Shown here: in pieces, positions 34,829 to 48,961 of the stretch
How positions within the stretch are numbered: position 1 is the first letter of the stretch
Layout of the letters: every line of letters begins with the position of its first letter
Source of the DNA: Amoebophrya sp. A120
Taxonomy: Eukaryota; Protista; Dinoflagellata
NCBI GenBank assembly: GCA_905178155.1
Contig: CAJINV010000003.1
Span: forward strand, 7,735,882 to 7,799,881
Direction: 5' to 3'
Length of the DNA stretch: 64,000 nucleotides
Position numbers and translations under genes: made by a program
The notes under the pieces: model-generated
Seen by the model: the letters and a program-made list of their open reading frames with translations, nothing else
Database searches by the model: none
Told to the model about the DNA's origin: nothing

Positions 34829-35439
34829 TAAGTGAAATGATGAAAGATATGTGTGGCCGGCACAAGACGATCGCAAGAGCACGCATGCTGGCTACGCTGC
34901 CGTTCAGTTGTTACCCGGAACAGGGGGAAAACAATATGGCACAAGTTTCTTCGGTACTGTAATACAATACGAAAGGCTCGGGACTGCCGGCTCTGATCCG
35001 CTCTTCATTCAAAAACATTTACTTCGCAACGATTCGTTGTACTTTTCTTCAGATGTTGTTGTACAGAAATGTACTAGCTTTATTCCCGGGAAGTGCAAAA
35101 TTTCTGGCGCCAGTGCTCGGTAGAGATATTGAAATTCATCTGTAAATATATCTTCGAATCGTATTAAAATTGACTTCGGTATCTATTAATTTCACGGCGA
35201 CGTAACAAGCGAAAGGTATACTCTTTGACAAACTTGGAGACGCCTCGTGCGAAGATCTACACGTAAGTTTGAGAGCCGTAGAGCATCTTTCATTCTGTCT
35301 GTCGAAGTGCCGAGAAGTCTCTTATCCAAGAATCATAAGTACAAAAACAATCATCAAATGTTTTCCACCTGCTTTGCCTGGAGATGGGTGCGATCGAGCG
35401 GCGGTAGAGAGTGAAAAAAGTACTTAGCACGACTGCCGT

Positions 35440-36114
35440 TTGTTCATCTTGCCACCACGGTGGTTACGGGGGACGAGCCGCAGCGAGCTGTCGGGCAAGC
35501 TCGTCAGCAATAGGAGCGAGATAGCCCGCCAGTTCCTGTCGGACCGCTTGTACAACCGATTCCGGGACTCCCAAAGATTCCTGGACCTCGAGCGCCTGCT
35601 CGACAAGTACCTGGAGAAGATGAAATATAATGTGCAGCTAGAAGGACATTAAAACGTCATGCGTGCTGCTCTCCCGCGGGAATAGCAATGCTGAAGTCAA
35701 CCGCAGAGGAAAATTATCCAGCGGAACACCTCTATTATTTGTGAAGTTTCTATGCAACTATTCTCTACATGATAGTCATAGCGATTCGAGCAAAATACAG
35801 TGCTGGCGCCGAAAAAGCAACTACAAGTTTTGCGCGCGTGCACCTGTGTGTTTGTGAGTGAGTTCTATCTAAGTAAGTACCTTTATTTTTCCGGATCCCA
35901 GAAGGGCGTCAAGCTTTGTTCGAAGCTCGTCCGCCATGTGTCTTGCCGCCGCTCCGATAACGCGGAGCTGTTGAGGCTTACCCGCCTCTCTTTCTCTCTG
36001 GGGCTGCAAAAGCCCTGCCAGCTGCCGAAAGCGGTTCCCCAGAGGCACCTGCGCGCCGACCCCGTTCTGCCCGAACTTTTTGTCCCGGAGATGCTGCAGA
36101 GTGTGCAGCAGTGA
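35440..36114 (+). CDS. Candidate small spliced hypothetical gene
   Basis: Two GC3-rich segments (about 35440-35625 and 35875-36114) separated by an AT-rich gap. Junctions and start unresolved. Confidence 0.35.
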
Positions 36115-36809
36115 CTTGAGGGCCACGACGGGGCCCTCCGTGACAATTTTGGTGAATGTTTCGGGCGAAACATCGAGGACCGCACCTGGAAATAAAGCGA
36201 TTCATTGAAGAGGGCGCTTCAAAAGGAAAACCTTTTCGTGACTGTGAATGAAAGAACGAAAGCCATAGATACTTACTATACTAGTGCATGAAAATACTAA
36301 ATGCACAACAACTTTGGCGAAGAGGATGCTCCTTTTATTGGCATATGAAGCTCCTCTCGACGTATGCTGTAGTTTCCTCGTTTGGGAACAAGCAGGCAGG
36401 CTTCCACTCTGCGACATTTGTGTCTCCTGGAATAAAGGAGCACAGAAAGACAGTATACCTTCCGCGACCAAAAGATTCCTCCCGGAGCGAAAGTACAAAT
36501 CTGTCGCAACTAGTGCCTGTTGTCGTCGATACAGAGACTGCTCCAGCGGGGTGAGGTCCTCGGTCGACTTTGCGGCTGTTGTGTACTCGTTACTGAGCTT
36601 CTCCAAAATGTTTGTGTCCCACACCGACAGTCGCAATTCCTCGGATGAAAGCAGAAACTGTAGGTCGGCTGTTAAGTTGAACAATACAATTAAAGCCGAA
36701 TTCACACTGGTTCATTCGCATCGCTATCGTTTTGAAGTACTTTGACGGCGGATGAAGCGAGTGACTAGTTCCATCAACTCAGCGCATCATTTTTGTTCCT
36801 TCGAAATAC

Positions 36810-38425
36810 TTAGTTACCCGCTCCCTTCTCGTCGACGAGGCCTTGCGTGATCATGTCGCGCATTTGCATGTCGAGGGGGTCGTGTTTGTCGAGTGGACCC
36901 AAAAGGCTGCGAAAGGGACGCCGTCTTGCGGGAGCTTTTGGCGCTGTGTTTTTCCCACCTCCGAAAAGCTGGGCAAATAGCCCGCCAGCAGCAGGTATCC
37001 AAGAAAAAAACATTGTTAGCGTATTAACTTTGTGACGCGCAAGAACGTAAGCGCGTTTTCACGTACTATCTGCGCATCATGACAAGTTTCATCTGCTCTC
37101 GTGCCATAATGCTGTTCCTCGAAAAAAGTTACACATAAGATCTTTCTTTCTTGGATAGCAGGGGCTGCAGGTTCTGCGCCCGGCGCGTGCCTTTCCACGA
37201 CCTCGGGAACTTGTGTTTCCTCGGGGCCGATTTCGAGGAACACCACTACCTGTTCGGGCGTCCGCGGAACGGGAAAGTGGTCGTGTTTCAGTATGCTCCA
37301 TATCCAATTTGTCTCCGCGACGGATACCTGTCGATTTTTTGCCCCCTTGTCGCAGACAGAAGAAACGTCGAGAAGGCAACTGCGCTCAGTGCAGTAAGCG
37401 TCATGCATGCATCAGGAACTACAGGGGAGCCTAGTACAACCGAACTGCTATACTATTTGTTGAAGAGGCAGATAGTATTGAGAATGCTATTCCTGTTTCT
37501 TTTATAGTTCAAAAATAAGTAGTACCGGGTTGGTGTAGGTTATGTGATCTTCGGACGTCGCGGTCGGAAGGTAGTGATACCGAACTTTCGCTTTGCGTTC
37601 GAGCGGTGGCTCTGGTCTCCGTCTGTTGTTCGCCGCGATCACAAAGAACAAGATGACCCCGAGCCAGAGAGCGACACACGTTGCCGTCAGCAACTGGCAA
37701 AAACGGTTAAACCGGCGCGGCTTCGTGCCGGTCTTTCTCCCGGAAGAACCGGGCCCGAAGGACAGGGAGCGGCGGAAGTTTCCTTCCTCGTCGTCCTCGT
37801 CGGAACTCAAGAACAGGTCATCCAGGGAGGTGCGTGACAGCTTCGAGTACATCCTGCTGGCATCAACATACTGACCGCTGGCGCCCGAGCGTCGCCACGA
37901 GGCCACACTTCGTGCCGTTCGTGCTTGGGAGGCCGTTGCGGTTCCACGAGGGGCGGCCCCGAGTGCAGTTGTACTTCGGACGGACTTCGCCGCCTGTGTT
38001 CCTCCGCGACCGCGATCTCGATCTCCCGGCGCCCGCGGGCCAAGTATACTACTACTGCCGGCCGCGGCCGCTCCTGTTCCAGCACCGCCGCCATGCGTCT
38101 TGGCGTTCTTTCTGTTGTCCTGTGCTCGCCGCAATGACTGCTCCGCCTCATCTTCCTCCGAGCTTTGGTACAACAGGCTCGAGCGAGTTGGGTCGTGCGG
38201 CCCGTCGCCAAAAGTGTTCAGGTCCTCGTCGTCGGAGCTGCTACTGGCATCGAGGTCCTGATTGCGACGGTAGCACCAGGGAAACAGCAGCTTGCAGCAA
38301 ATCGTCCAGGGCGCGGGCGGTCGAGCCGGCCCGGCTGTGGGGTGTATTGACCTGGCCGGCTTCGATCGCAGCACGCGCGTTTCTCGAACTCCTGGCCAAT
38401 CATCGCTGTCCGACGACGCCATCAA
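36810..38425 (-). CDS. Hypothetical single-pass membrane protein, multi-exon
   Basis: ORF 37502-38425 has a low-complexity N-terminus and one TM segment. Downstream exons join across the element at 36996-37157 (EPAAPA|AGGLFAQLFG). Confidence 0.55.
36996..37157 (-). mobile_element. TIR introner-like element, 162 bp, TSD GCAGG (+ strand); same end family as 31963-32171
   Basis: Ends TATCCAAGAAAAAAACATTGT and TCTTTCTTTCTTGGATA. GCAGG at 36991-36995 and 37158-37162. Confidence 0.88.
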
Positions 38426-38877
38426 TTTGGTCCCGTCGTGCGTGCTGTGTCGCCTCCTATCTTCGATGCGTCCTCACATGATTTCACCGCCACAGCAGCA
38501 AGCGCGTCGTTAAAAATATTGCGACGGGCGGCTCAACACTGCAGCGCCACAATTGATGTTCACGATCATTTTGTAAAGAACGATCTTCCGCGAAGAGTGC
38601 CTATTGGTTCACGAACAACTTCTCAGAAACCTTCGATATGTTGCGGTTGGATCTGTGCCGGATGTGCCTGAAGCAAGCACAGCTAATGAACGAACAGCTG
38701 TTGATGAAACAGACACTTACAAAAATTAGACCGAGAGGCTGCAAATTGAAGCCATAGAGCAGAGAGAACCACAATCACTTATTCGGGGCACGGAAAGAAG
38801 CTGAAACATCACAAGATCGAGACGTGATCGGAAAACAACAGTATGATCATTTTCCTTCTCAAGATCCTCGTCACCTG

Positions 38878-38940
38878 TGTCGCATCGGCACGACCACGAC
38901 CACGAAACTATGTCGCATCGGCACGACCACGACCAAGAAA
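38878..38940. repeat. 33-bp-period tandem duplication
   Basis: TGTCGCATCGGCACGACCACGACCA at 38878 and 38911. Confidence 0.8.
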
Positions 38941-39302
38941 GCAAATGGTGCGCAATCGGATCATAATCATCCAGGGCCGTACGAAGCCACGAAATAAAAC
39001 GAATAAAAATCGGATCGTTGCAAACCACTCGTGCGCTTTTTTCCGCGCCGACTTGGCGGGGTAGAGATTTCGTGCCAACCGGATAACTGAAACGTCTATC
39101 TAAGAGAAGCACCTCCCAGGACAAGTATGACATTCAACTTTGGTGAAACCGAACATGAATGAAGAGAAAAGTAAGTATCACGGCGACACAGGAGTGCTGG
39201 CAAGAAGTAGCTTCACCGCCCCAAACATTCTTTTGCGAAATGAGAATACGTTTCATGCGATCAAGCGACTCATTGGAAAGAGGCAGCCCAGCTATGGCTT
39301 CC

Positions 39303-42300
39303 TTAGGATGGGGCCGTATCCAGATTTTCAAAGTACATTGCCAAGTGCTTGAAATCGTGTGCGGAAAGGTTCCCGTTGTGTCCGCAGTCGATGTGGACGA
39401 CGTAGCCCAGCTTCTGGAGCCTCACCTTGGTCCTGCGGGCCTTCTCGAGTTGGTCCAGTTGGCCCAACGACGAGGCTTTCAGTTTATCCCTTCCGCCGTC
39501 GGCTTCCTGCTCTGGCGGGACCGCTTGTTTTCCTCCCCCGGTGGAAGTGAAATCACGGAGTTCGATCGCGTTTTCCTGTGAGGATGTTGATTGGTTGTCT
39601 GCTCTCTGTGTAGTCTGGCTATCGAATAGCAGGCTCCTGGCGCTATCAAAGAATCCGGACGAGGCCGCGCTGGCGCGGTGTTGCCGGCCACCGGGCGACC
39701 GACCGACCGCACTATCAGACGGCGCCAGGCCGGTTCGCTCGCGCGCACTGGACGAGAAGCTGTCCGCCTCCGAGGCCGCGGCGTGGTGCGAGGCGTCGGA
39801 CGAAAGGGAAAGCTCGGCGAAGAGCTCGGGCACCGCGCTGCTCGCACAATTCGAGTACTGCTGCAGGAACCGCGACGCGAGGGAAAAAACAAGCTCGACG
39901 CTTTGCAGCTTGGATTTGATGAAGTATTTCAAGTCGTCCGTCTGCGTGTACGCACTGACGACGCCTGGTTCGTGAAGATGTGAATGCTGTGCGTGCCCGA
40001 TCAGTCCCGGTTGCAGCCCCGGCTGCGGAGTAGACCCCTGGAGGTGGCCGCTACCGGTGCCACTGGTGTGGTGTGAGTCCAGGACACCGGAGCCATTTGA
40101 GGAGGCCGGGCAGCTCTGCAGCAAATCGTCGGTGGACAGCAGGGACACCTGCTGCATCTTCTTGCGGAACTGGGCCCGGGCGCGGTGGACCAGCACAAAC
40201 GCCAGGATGCGGTGGTATTCGGCCACCGCGTCGGGACTGGGACGCTCCTCGGTGGTCAAGTTGAACAAAGCGCCGCCTCCCCGTGTGCCGGAGCTTGATG
40301 TTCCGTAACCGGCGGGCCGCAGGGCGCGTTTGTTGTACACGTAGCGCTCCACCGCGAGCAGGTGCGGGGCAAGCGTGGTCCCGGCCAGGTCCGACAGGAA
40401 CCCCCCCCGGCTGACGGGGAGGGATCCCCAACAAACGAGGTTGGCCAGGTACTGGCGCAAACCGAAGACGTAGTCCACATGGTTGCCGTACTCCGACAGG
40501 GAGAGCACCTCGTCCAGGCTGCTGCCGCCCGCATTCCACTCGCTGCACAGCGCCTCGAAGGCAGCCCGCACCTGCGCAATCAGGGGTGACTCGGCGAACA
40601 AGTGCCGCACGAACTTCTTGTTGTCGTCCAGCCACTTAACGCTGTTGACGCCGTGCTCTTCGCGGACCAACTCATTGAACAGCTGCTGCTCAACCTGCCA
40701 CGCCTGCATCGGCTGGTACAACCGCCGTCCCCCCCGGCTGCCCGACGACGCGGCGGAATTCGTGCTGTACTGTGCGGCAGTAGTGGTCGCGGCGGGAGCG
40801 GTGTATTCCTCGTCACCCGTGTAGATCAGCTCCAACAGCCGCTGCAGCCACTGGTAGGACCCGATCACCTTTGCAAAAACCTTTTCCCACTCTGCCTCCT
40901 CGAGGTGATTCTCGCTCAGCGGCAGGGTTTCGCCCGGGAAAAATTCCTCGCTGGTGCTCCAGCGCTGCAGCTGCGTGCAAAGGTCCTTGAGTTGCTTGGC
41001 CGCGTCCGTCGCTGGCGATGCGTTCAAAGTAGAGGCGCTTCCGGTACTTCCGCCGACCTGTAGCCGAAACGGTTCCGTGGCGTCGAAGCTGCTCGTTCGC
41101 GAAGATGTTGACAAACTGGGCGTGGCGGTCACGCTGCCGGTGGTGGTCGTCAGGTCGTCAGCCGGGGTTTCTTGTTGCTCCGCCGGTGTTGTTGAAAGTG
41201 CGCCCCAAGGAGAGGGCTCCGCGGCCATTTTTGTTCCATTTGCTTTACTGCTTGTTATAGCAGTACCTCCTAGAAGTCCAACCGGTACAGCCGCAGCGTT
41301 CTCGCTGGGCGGTCCAAGTCCCTCGCACGCCGCACGGGATAGCTCTCTTCCGGCGAAGGCCTCGTCGCAGAGTGCTCGCAACGACACGTGGCTGCGCAAC
41401 GAGGCGAGATCGGGGATGATCTCGTCGGTCGGATCCACGAGCAGAATTTTGCGCGCCCGGATGCTCAGAAAGTTGCGGACGTTGCTCACATCGTAGAAGT
41501 TGGCCCGCAGGCCCCATTTCGCCCACGAACCGTAGCTGAGTTCCGCAGTGCGCTGCAGGGTTCCGAACCCACGATCCACAACACAGAAGGCGACATCCTC
41601 CTTCGCCGCAATTTCGCACGCGCACACGGATCCGATGCTGCGCCCGTGTACGCCGATCTTCGCGATGCCATGTCGGCGCAAGAACTGGTACACCGCGCGG
41701 CCGTCCGCGCGCACGTTCTCGGGGTGCACAGCGCCAGTACTGCGTGCGAACCCGCGGTAGTTGAACAGCACGACGGAGCAGTTTAGCGAGAGGTAGAAAT
41801 CAACCCAGTCACCCTGGAACGCGGTGGACTCGTAGTAGCCGGCGTTGGGGTTGCACATAATCACCGCCGCGGGAACATGTGCGAACGCTTGCGCCAGGTT
41901 GTCACCATGCAGGTTATAACACACTGCGGTTTCCGGGTCCGCACTTGATGCCAGCGAACCACTCGCATGATTAGGCCCATTCTGCTCTGCTTTTGGTCTG
42001 TGGCTTCCGTGGCGGATGATGACGGCGTCGAGCTCCGCGCCCGCGGAAACGGGCACCCAAAATTGTCGAGCCCCCGGCCGGCGCTGCAGTAGCTCGGCGC
42101 GAACTTGGTCAAGCGAACCTATCGTGGCGGGAGCGAAAAACCGCTTCGCGCCGGCCCAGTACGTCTCTTCCGGTTCTTCCAGTTGCCGCATCAGCGCAGC
42201 CACTTTCCGGAGTTCGGCCACTCCCGGTAACTCTTCGGTCAATCGTAGCTTTTGCTCCACGCACGTGTCAGCCTTGTTGGATCCCGCGCTTTCCCGGAGC

Positions 42301-43096
42301 CACCGCAAGAACCCCACGGTGGAACCGTCGCGCTTCTCGATGCGCACGTTCTCGTGGCCGAGAATGTTCAGCACGGCGTGCACCTTTTTCTCCAGCCCTA
42401 GCTTCTTCTGGCTGAAAACAGCGCATCGCGGGTCCTGCCTCTGAATCTGGAAATTTCGCTGCAGCTGCTGCAGCACGTTCACACCAAAAGCCGCTTGCTG
42501 CAGGGTCCACTTGCGCCAGGCGACACGGCCGGACAACACCAAAATCAACTGTTCCAACTGCACTATCGCGTCGCAGTATGCTTTGCTCAGGTCGGTCTGT
42601 TGTGAGTATGCTTTCATCTATTTTGCGCTCCACAACAAGAGATGAAGGGAGGCTGTGAGAGAGGGAAATACTACCACGTGCATAGAGAAGCAAGTTGAGA
42701 TTTGCTTCATCTACGACAAGACAAACATGACGCGCTTTTGCAACGTCGGGCCTTATGTAAGTACGTACTTACCCGGTAGGAGTTCTCGATTTTCTTCTGC
42801 CAGAGCAGCGTGCTTCCTGGAAAAACCAATGCGCGAACGAGAAATCGGACAAGCAACACGAAGAGGGTGAGATACAGAACCACTACTCCCGGCGTGGAGA
42901 GCAAAGCTCGAAACAAACTAGTAAACATGGTGATTACCACACAGATCAAAAAGATCAGAAAGACGAGGGTCAGGATGACGGTGGGATTCTCGCGCGTACA
43001 CGTGTACGCCCTCCGCCCCCAGAAAATCACGAAACTCTTGGCCTTACCGATCATGACCTTGAGCTGGTTCACTTCGCCCGCACTACGCTCCGCCAT
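39303..43096 (-). CDS. Membrane-anchored alpha/beta hydrolase with large insertions
   Basis: MCNPNAGYYE, VVLFNYRGFARSTG, GVHGRSIGS (GxSxG), VVDRGF, DEIIP and a distal HIDCGHNG. The upstream exon 42707-43096 carries TM helices. Confidence 0.8.
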
Positions 43097-43641
43097 CTTG
43101 TCTCTTAAGTTCTTCGAGCACGTCGTGAAACTGAAGGAAGCAAACAGAAATCCGTTCGATGCCTGTAAGTGAACTGTTTGAGAAGTTATTCCTCAGTGCT
43201 GCAGCCATTGCGAATACATATAGTTGATGTACATGAAGCTACATACTCCTTTTTCCGCCACTGCGCACGAGCAATTTGCGTCCACGCGTCACCATGATCT
43301 CGAGGTTAAGTACTCCCTACATGATTTACAAAGATACAGGGTACGAAACAAGAAGCGGGTCAGCTTGGGATCATATTCGCAGATTTTGCAACGTTTGAAC
43401 CACGTTCGCGATCAAAAACGATTGCGGGTAGATAGAGCAGGAACAACGATGGCACCTTTCGGACTCTATCCCTGGTTCGAACTCGCAGACGCACGAGCAC
43501 ACGAAGTTACTTTGCACTTGTTGATCAGTCCCTCTATATGCACATGCGCGTGGTTGCGTGCCACTCGTAGTAGCAGCTGCGGCCGCTACTTAAATTGTTG
43601 ATCCATCTTCGTCTCATTTTGATGACATCCGATGCGTTTTG

Positions 43642-45936
43642 TCATTCTTGTCCTTGTGGCGGAAATGAAAACTCGAATTGGCAGAGGAATCTCGGGACGA
43701 CTTGAGTGCGATCGTAGACGGCGTACTCGTTTAGCGCAAAACGTGTTTCCCGCTCCATCTCGGCCTCTTGCAGATCTCCCACCGCGAATACTATGTTTTC
43801 CTCTTCGGGCAGCTCTTTCGCATTTGTAACGGTCTGGTTCTCCACCTTGTCGAGAGCCACTCCTGCGTCTGCCCCGCCGTCTACGTCCATGGGCGCGGGA
43901 CCGTCCTTTTCCCCCTCGGCGGGACCCGGAGCTGGCGGCGGCTCAACACCAGCGGCGTAGGCCTCCAGCATGGCAGGCGAAAAGCTCACCCACTGGTGCG
44001 CCTGTTCGCACCCGAGTGCCAGGCCCGAATTCATCCCCTCCTGCCACATGGCCGCCTTGCTCAATCCGGGTTCGGGTCGTGTGGACGTCCGGACGTGTCC
44101 CAGCGAGACTTCGCACAACAAGGCCAGGCCGCGGTTTTCGTTTTCCGTGGCGTCGCACCGCCAGGCCGCGTAACTGAGGCAGTCCTGCAGATACAGTGCG
44201 GGGCCCCCGAGAGAGCCCTGCAGCTCCTCCCAATCCAACGGGAGGTCTTCGCACCAGGCGTCCGAGGTTTTTTTGCCGTCGGTTCCGGTCAGGCCGGGGG
44301 AGGCGGTGGGCAGCTGCAGGCCCTGCGTCAAAAGGCGCGCCCACTGCCGCAACGGTCCGCCGTACCAAAGCAGCTGCTTGTTGGGCAGGTCACATGGGTC
44401 CAGGTCTTCGGTGGGATTCTCTAATGCAAACACCTGCTCGAGCTTCAACGAAAAGGAGCGGTGTCGCAGCGCGTGCAGGTTTCGGGTGACGTAGTTCACC
44501 AGGGTGGGGATGGTGTGCGCAGGCTCCAGAGGGCGAAGCCGGTACTTGAACTTCTTGTACCTCACGTCGTGGGGGTGATCTGTGATTTCCAACTTGGCAC
44601 TGGAAGAAGCCCGCTGAGCGATGACCCGGTAACTCTCAACCGCCTCCTGGAGTCTCCGGAGATTCGTTACCTCCTCCGCCAGTCGTTGCGGCGTGTTGAT
44701 GATGAAATTCTGTACAATTAAGTGTTTTCAATTCACGACTCAACGACCATCACATGACACCGACACCAATGCGCGAAACATCATAGCTAGAAGAGACCAG
44801 CACACGACCAGCGGGGAATGTGCAGAACAGATTTGAGTACTTACTGTTCTCAAGCGCGACCACGAGAGACGGACACAGACTCGTCTCGAAATCAAAACAT
44901 ACGTACGTAAGTACTTCCATCTTCTTGAAGCCTGTGTAGTGCGGAATGAACTGGAAGAACTGCGACGTGAGAGTGCTCAGCTTTGACTGGCTGGCTCCGT
45001 CCAGCTGGTGCAGTTCGGTATTGATTCGCTTCAGCACCGCGAATGCCTCCTCCAAAACCTTCTCTGACACCGTTCCGAGATCAAGTCGCGCGGTGTCGAG
45101 TCCGATGTCGAAAATCTCTTGTTCCAGCAGATCTGTACGAAGGAATGACTCATACAACTTGATAAAACAATTGAAGCATCATGATATCATGCATGCGCGG
45201 GCCACTTTGCACCCATGGGCACCAGGCGCGATGTGGTGCGCATGAATCTGTGATATTTTTGAATGAAGCAGAAGCAGAACGGCCAAGAATAAAACTGTTG
45301 CGCATTGACAAGTTTTTGGGAAACTACTACTACATCACCTACCAACACTGTCTATCTTGGGTAAGATCTACGCGCCGGAAGCAGTTGCTTACCTTCGTCG
45401 CAGATAAGCTCCATGAGCACCTGGAGCGATTCTGGGAGGGTGCTAGGTTGGTGGCTGGTTTTCGTGGAGCCGGGGGCGGCCGGGTTCTTTCCCGGCGGCA
45501 AGTACTGGTACTTTCCGTCGACGTGTGTGAAGGGTTCCTTCCCGAAGTGGTTCGCGGTCTTGTCGTAGAACTTCTGCGTAAACGCTTGGAGGGCCGCTTC
45601 TTTCAGATTCCTCGGGTGCGTGACAGTACTGAAAATGACGTTGGCGTGCTGTCCCTCGTAGCCATGGCGTCCCCACCGGGTCCACAGCACGAACAGGCTC
45701 CCCCGCTTCAGGTCGTGTTCCAGCAGCTGGATGATGTAGTATTTGTTGTTATTGCGCGATAAAGAGGTCTGGTTCAATTTCGCGTTGTACAAAGCCTGTC
45801 CGTCCTGGTAGACATGAAACTCTTGTGCGTGGTCCGGGCAGTCGACAACCACGCCGTTCTTCAACGTCTTTCCATACCGGGAGCCGCCCTCTGCTCCGCC
45901 CGGCAGACCGGAGGACGAAGAGGAAGATGTTGCCAT
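43642..45936 (-). CDS. PARP2/3-like protein (WGR + regulatory + catalytic domains), multi-exon, divergent active site
   Basis: YNAKLNQTSLSRNNNKYYIIQLL..WTRWGRHG (WGR). LSTLTSQFFQFIPH (PARP_reg). NKQLLWYGG..LALLCEVSLG..NEYAVYDRTQV (catalytic). Confidence 0.85.
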
Positions 45937-46525
45937 GCTAGTAGAGCCTCTTTGGGTTTTCGACTTCGTCTACGTTGCTCCTCTTGATACCTACCTACGA
46001 GTCATCATCTCGGTGCTTGTTTTAGACAACTACGACGAGTGAGCACTGCGTAAAAATGAGTTTTGCGTCAATATCTGGAGGCGTGCCTGAAATCATGCAT
46101 GAGTTGTTCTTACCATATCATTCCTGCAACTACGAGGGAGCTGATGCAACGACCAATGTGGAAAATTGAGCAAAAGGACGAGTCACGCGACGACAGACTG
46201 GCACTTTTTCACTTCGCTTGTACTGCTGCACGAAGCCTTCTCTTTTTGTGCAGCAGAGCATCTTCACGGAGCGGCGCTACTAGTATCTAATCTATCAGGA
46301 GCCCCCTCTTCGGGCAAGAACAACATCAAGCTTTTCTTGTAGCATGTGAGTTTTCACAACCACGACAGAAGAAAACCCGGTTGCGTCAGATCTTCGAACA
46401 AATCAGGATCATGCAATTGGCGCCGAGGAGCCGTCCGTGGCGAACACCAGTGGGGACATCGTTAATACCGGGACCAGACAATGACGATGACAATTTTCAT
46501 CTTTGGCTTCGAAATCCTCGATCGA

Positions 46526-47976
46526 TTATTTTGTAGTTCGACCAGTGCTGCTTGTGTTCGCGGCAGGGTGCAGAGTTTGGAGCTTCTGCTTTACATCCTG
46601 TATGACAGCAACTGAAGTGCTGGGGTTCCCCTCAAAAATAGCCAGCGAGGCGCGTATATGAACTGCAAAAGTATCGCACTCGTATAAATGCATATACAAA
46701 TTTTCTCAGCATGAGAAATAAAATTTGTAATGCGGATTTACCTTCGGAAAAAGTTTGTAATGCATGACTGCAATACGAATACGATACTTTTGCACAGGAT
46801 AGCGTAGTGCGTCGACCGCCTCGGACTGGTAGGAATTCCCCTTCAACATGTACACCGTTCCCATGGCTTTAAGCGTTCGGGCGAGCTGAACTGACTGCTG
46901 CCCATACAGACCGCGCTCCAATTTCCTTGTTTGATTTTTTATCAATCAAGATTGTTTGAGTTCAAGGTATATATAAGATGAGCTCACTACACAATATACT
47001 AGGTCGACAAATAATGATCCAGGGCCTCGCTCTCGCCGCACGCACTTCGTTTCTCAGAACTAGGTACCACCAAGAGAAAGAAGAGGAACGCAAATTAACA
47101 AAATTAATACTGGACGTCCGCGAGGTATTCGAGAGCTTGGTCGTGCTCACGTCGTTTTATGAGGAGCAGCGCCAGCTCGCGTTTGATTTCGACCATGCGG
47201 GGGTGGTGCGCGTCGTGGTTTCGCAGCAAGTGCTCCACGTCACGAAGGCGGTCCAGTGCGGTCTTCGTGTCGGTCCATTTGGCCAGGCGGAGCGCCGCGT
47301 CCGTGGCGAGGTTGGGGTATTTCCCAACTTTGATCACCTTGTCGACGACCGACTGCTGCAGCGACAAGGCCTCCTCCTGGTCTCCGGCCAGGTGGTGGAC
47401 CCAGGCCATATCCAGCCACAGCAGGAGCGTCTGTTCGTGCTCCCACCCGAGACAGTGCTCGCGGATTTCCCAGGCCTGCGAGAGGTGCTCCAACGCTGTG
47501 CTGTACTCCTTCCGCGTGGTGGTCACTTTGCCCAGCAGTTCGTACGCGCGCGCGAGCTGCAAGTCCTCGGGGCCGTAGGCCTGTTTCAGCAGCGTGGCGG
47601 CCTTGTGCAGGCACTGCAGCGCGAGCTGATAGTCCTTTCCCTCTGCGACGTAGGCGAACCCCTCGGCCAGGGCCAGGCTGCTCCCGAGCCGGTGCGAGGG
47701 GCCGTTGTCGTAGATCTGGCTCTCCACGATCTGCTGCCCGTAGTGCACGTGCTCCAGGGCCTGCGCCACGTAACCCCCAAGACTGTAGGCCTCGGACAGC
47801 AGGCAGTGCTGGTGGCACGCGGCCGCGATGGGAAGGTCGTGCACGTCCACCAGCAGCTGCGTACTGGCCAACTGGTGGATCCGGCACTCGATCACGCCGT
47901 CCCGGTCCCCGACCGCCTCCAGTTCGGCCACTTTGCGCTCCAGCGCGTCTATGGAGCTCAGCGGGTGCATCATCAC
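46526..47976 (-). CDS. TPR-repeat protein (TTC23-like), about 3 exons
   Basis: Repeats such as LARAYELLGKV..KEYSTALEHLSQAWEIREHCLG and LARTLKAMGTVYM. The final exon DALR|ASLAIFEG follows the element. Confidence 0.78.
46657..46801 (-). mobile_element. TIR introner-like element, 145 bp, TSD GCGTA (+ strand)
   Basis: Ends TATGAACTGCAAAAGTATCGCACTCGTAT and ATACGAATACGATACTTTTGCACAGGATA. GCGTA at 46652-46656 and 46802-46806. Confidence 0.88.
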
Positions 47977-48961
47977 GCGACCAGGCGGATGATATTCGGT
48001 CCCTGTCGTTCTGCCTTGTCTCCTCGCCTTGGCCTAGAGGATCATGCTGTTCAAGTTTCGTGCACTCCGCCTGTGTCAATGCTCCTGTCGCACGCACAAA
48101 GAAAGAAAGACTCCTACGTCGACCACATGATGGTTTGTATCGTTATTATAACCTGCTTTATCTATATACTTTTGACTCTTCTTGACGAACTACAACATCT
48201 CCTCTCTAGTACAAACTCTTCCGGTCCTCTCCAACTTTTTGCCCTCATCGAAGCTTGCTTGCACACTGATCGCGATAATGTTCATTCGTATATGACGTGC
48301 TTCCTATTTTTACATTTGAGGAAATCATGAACATCTCGCTCGGCGACCACGGTGCGCGAATGTGTTGCCAAGTACCTGAAGCAGTTGGCTAGGAGTAGGA
48401 GTTGTGTGTTGCTGTTGTCATATGTGAGGGAAAAAATATGCTGAGACGTGTACTATAAATCGCAAAAAATTAGAGCAGGCACTGTTCCTACTGTTGACTT
48501 GCGTTCGTTATTTGGCACTCACACTGTTGGCGGAAATAGCTTGACGTCGTGCTTGAGGGGTTGTCGAGGCCTCGTAAATATTTCTTTGGTTGGATTACGT
48601 GAATTGCAACTTCGTTGCATGTTGCGACGGTGAAGAAGCAGGAGTGTGAAAATGTTCTCTTTTATTCTGGTCAAGACCTGTATGTCGTGTACTTCATCCT
48701 CCACACCATGATAAAGTCTTGAGGTGTCCGAGAGATTCAGGCATACGGATAGGATACGCTGTCGATATTCGTACATTGCTGAACAACAGAGTGCAAGCAA
48801 TTCCGCGTTGTCTCTTTGTGCCTTACCCTTCTACCAAGATACTTACTAGATATCACAGCTGGCGCATCTTCATCGTGGTAAAAATCGAACCGACAGTCAC
48901 GACCATCTTCGAGGCTATCAAACTTGGGTGAGACTGACAGATCTTCTCGCGTGGCAAGCAG

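Noticed and set aside
36202-36705. 167-aa minus-strand ORF
   Set aside because: Non-ATG start, no motif, no clear codon bias; not supportable as a gene from sequence alone.
46978-48330. 450-aa plus-strand ORF
   Set aside because: Shadow of the minus-strand TPR gene.
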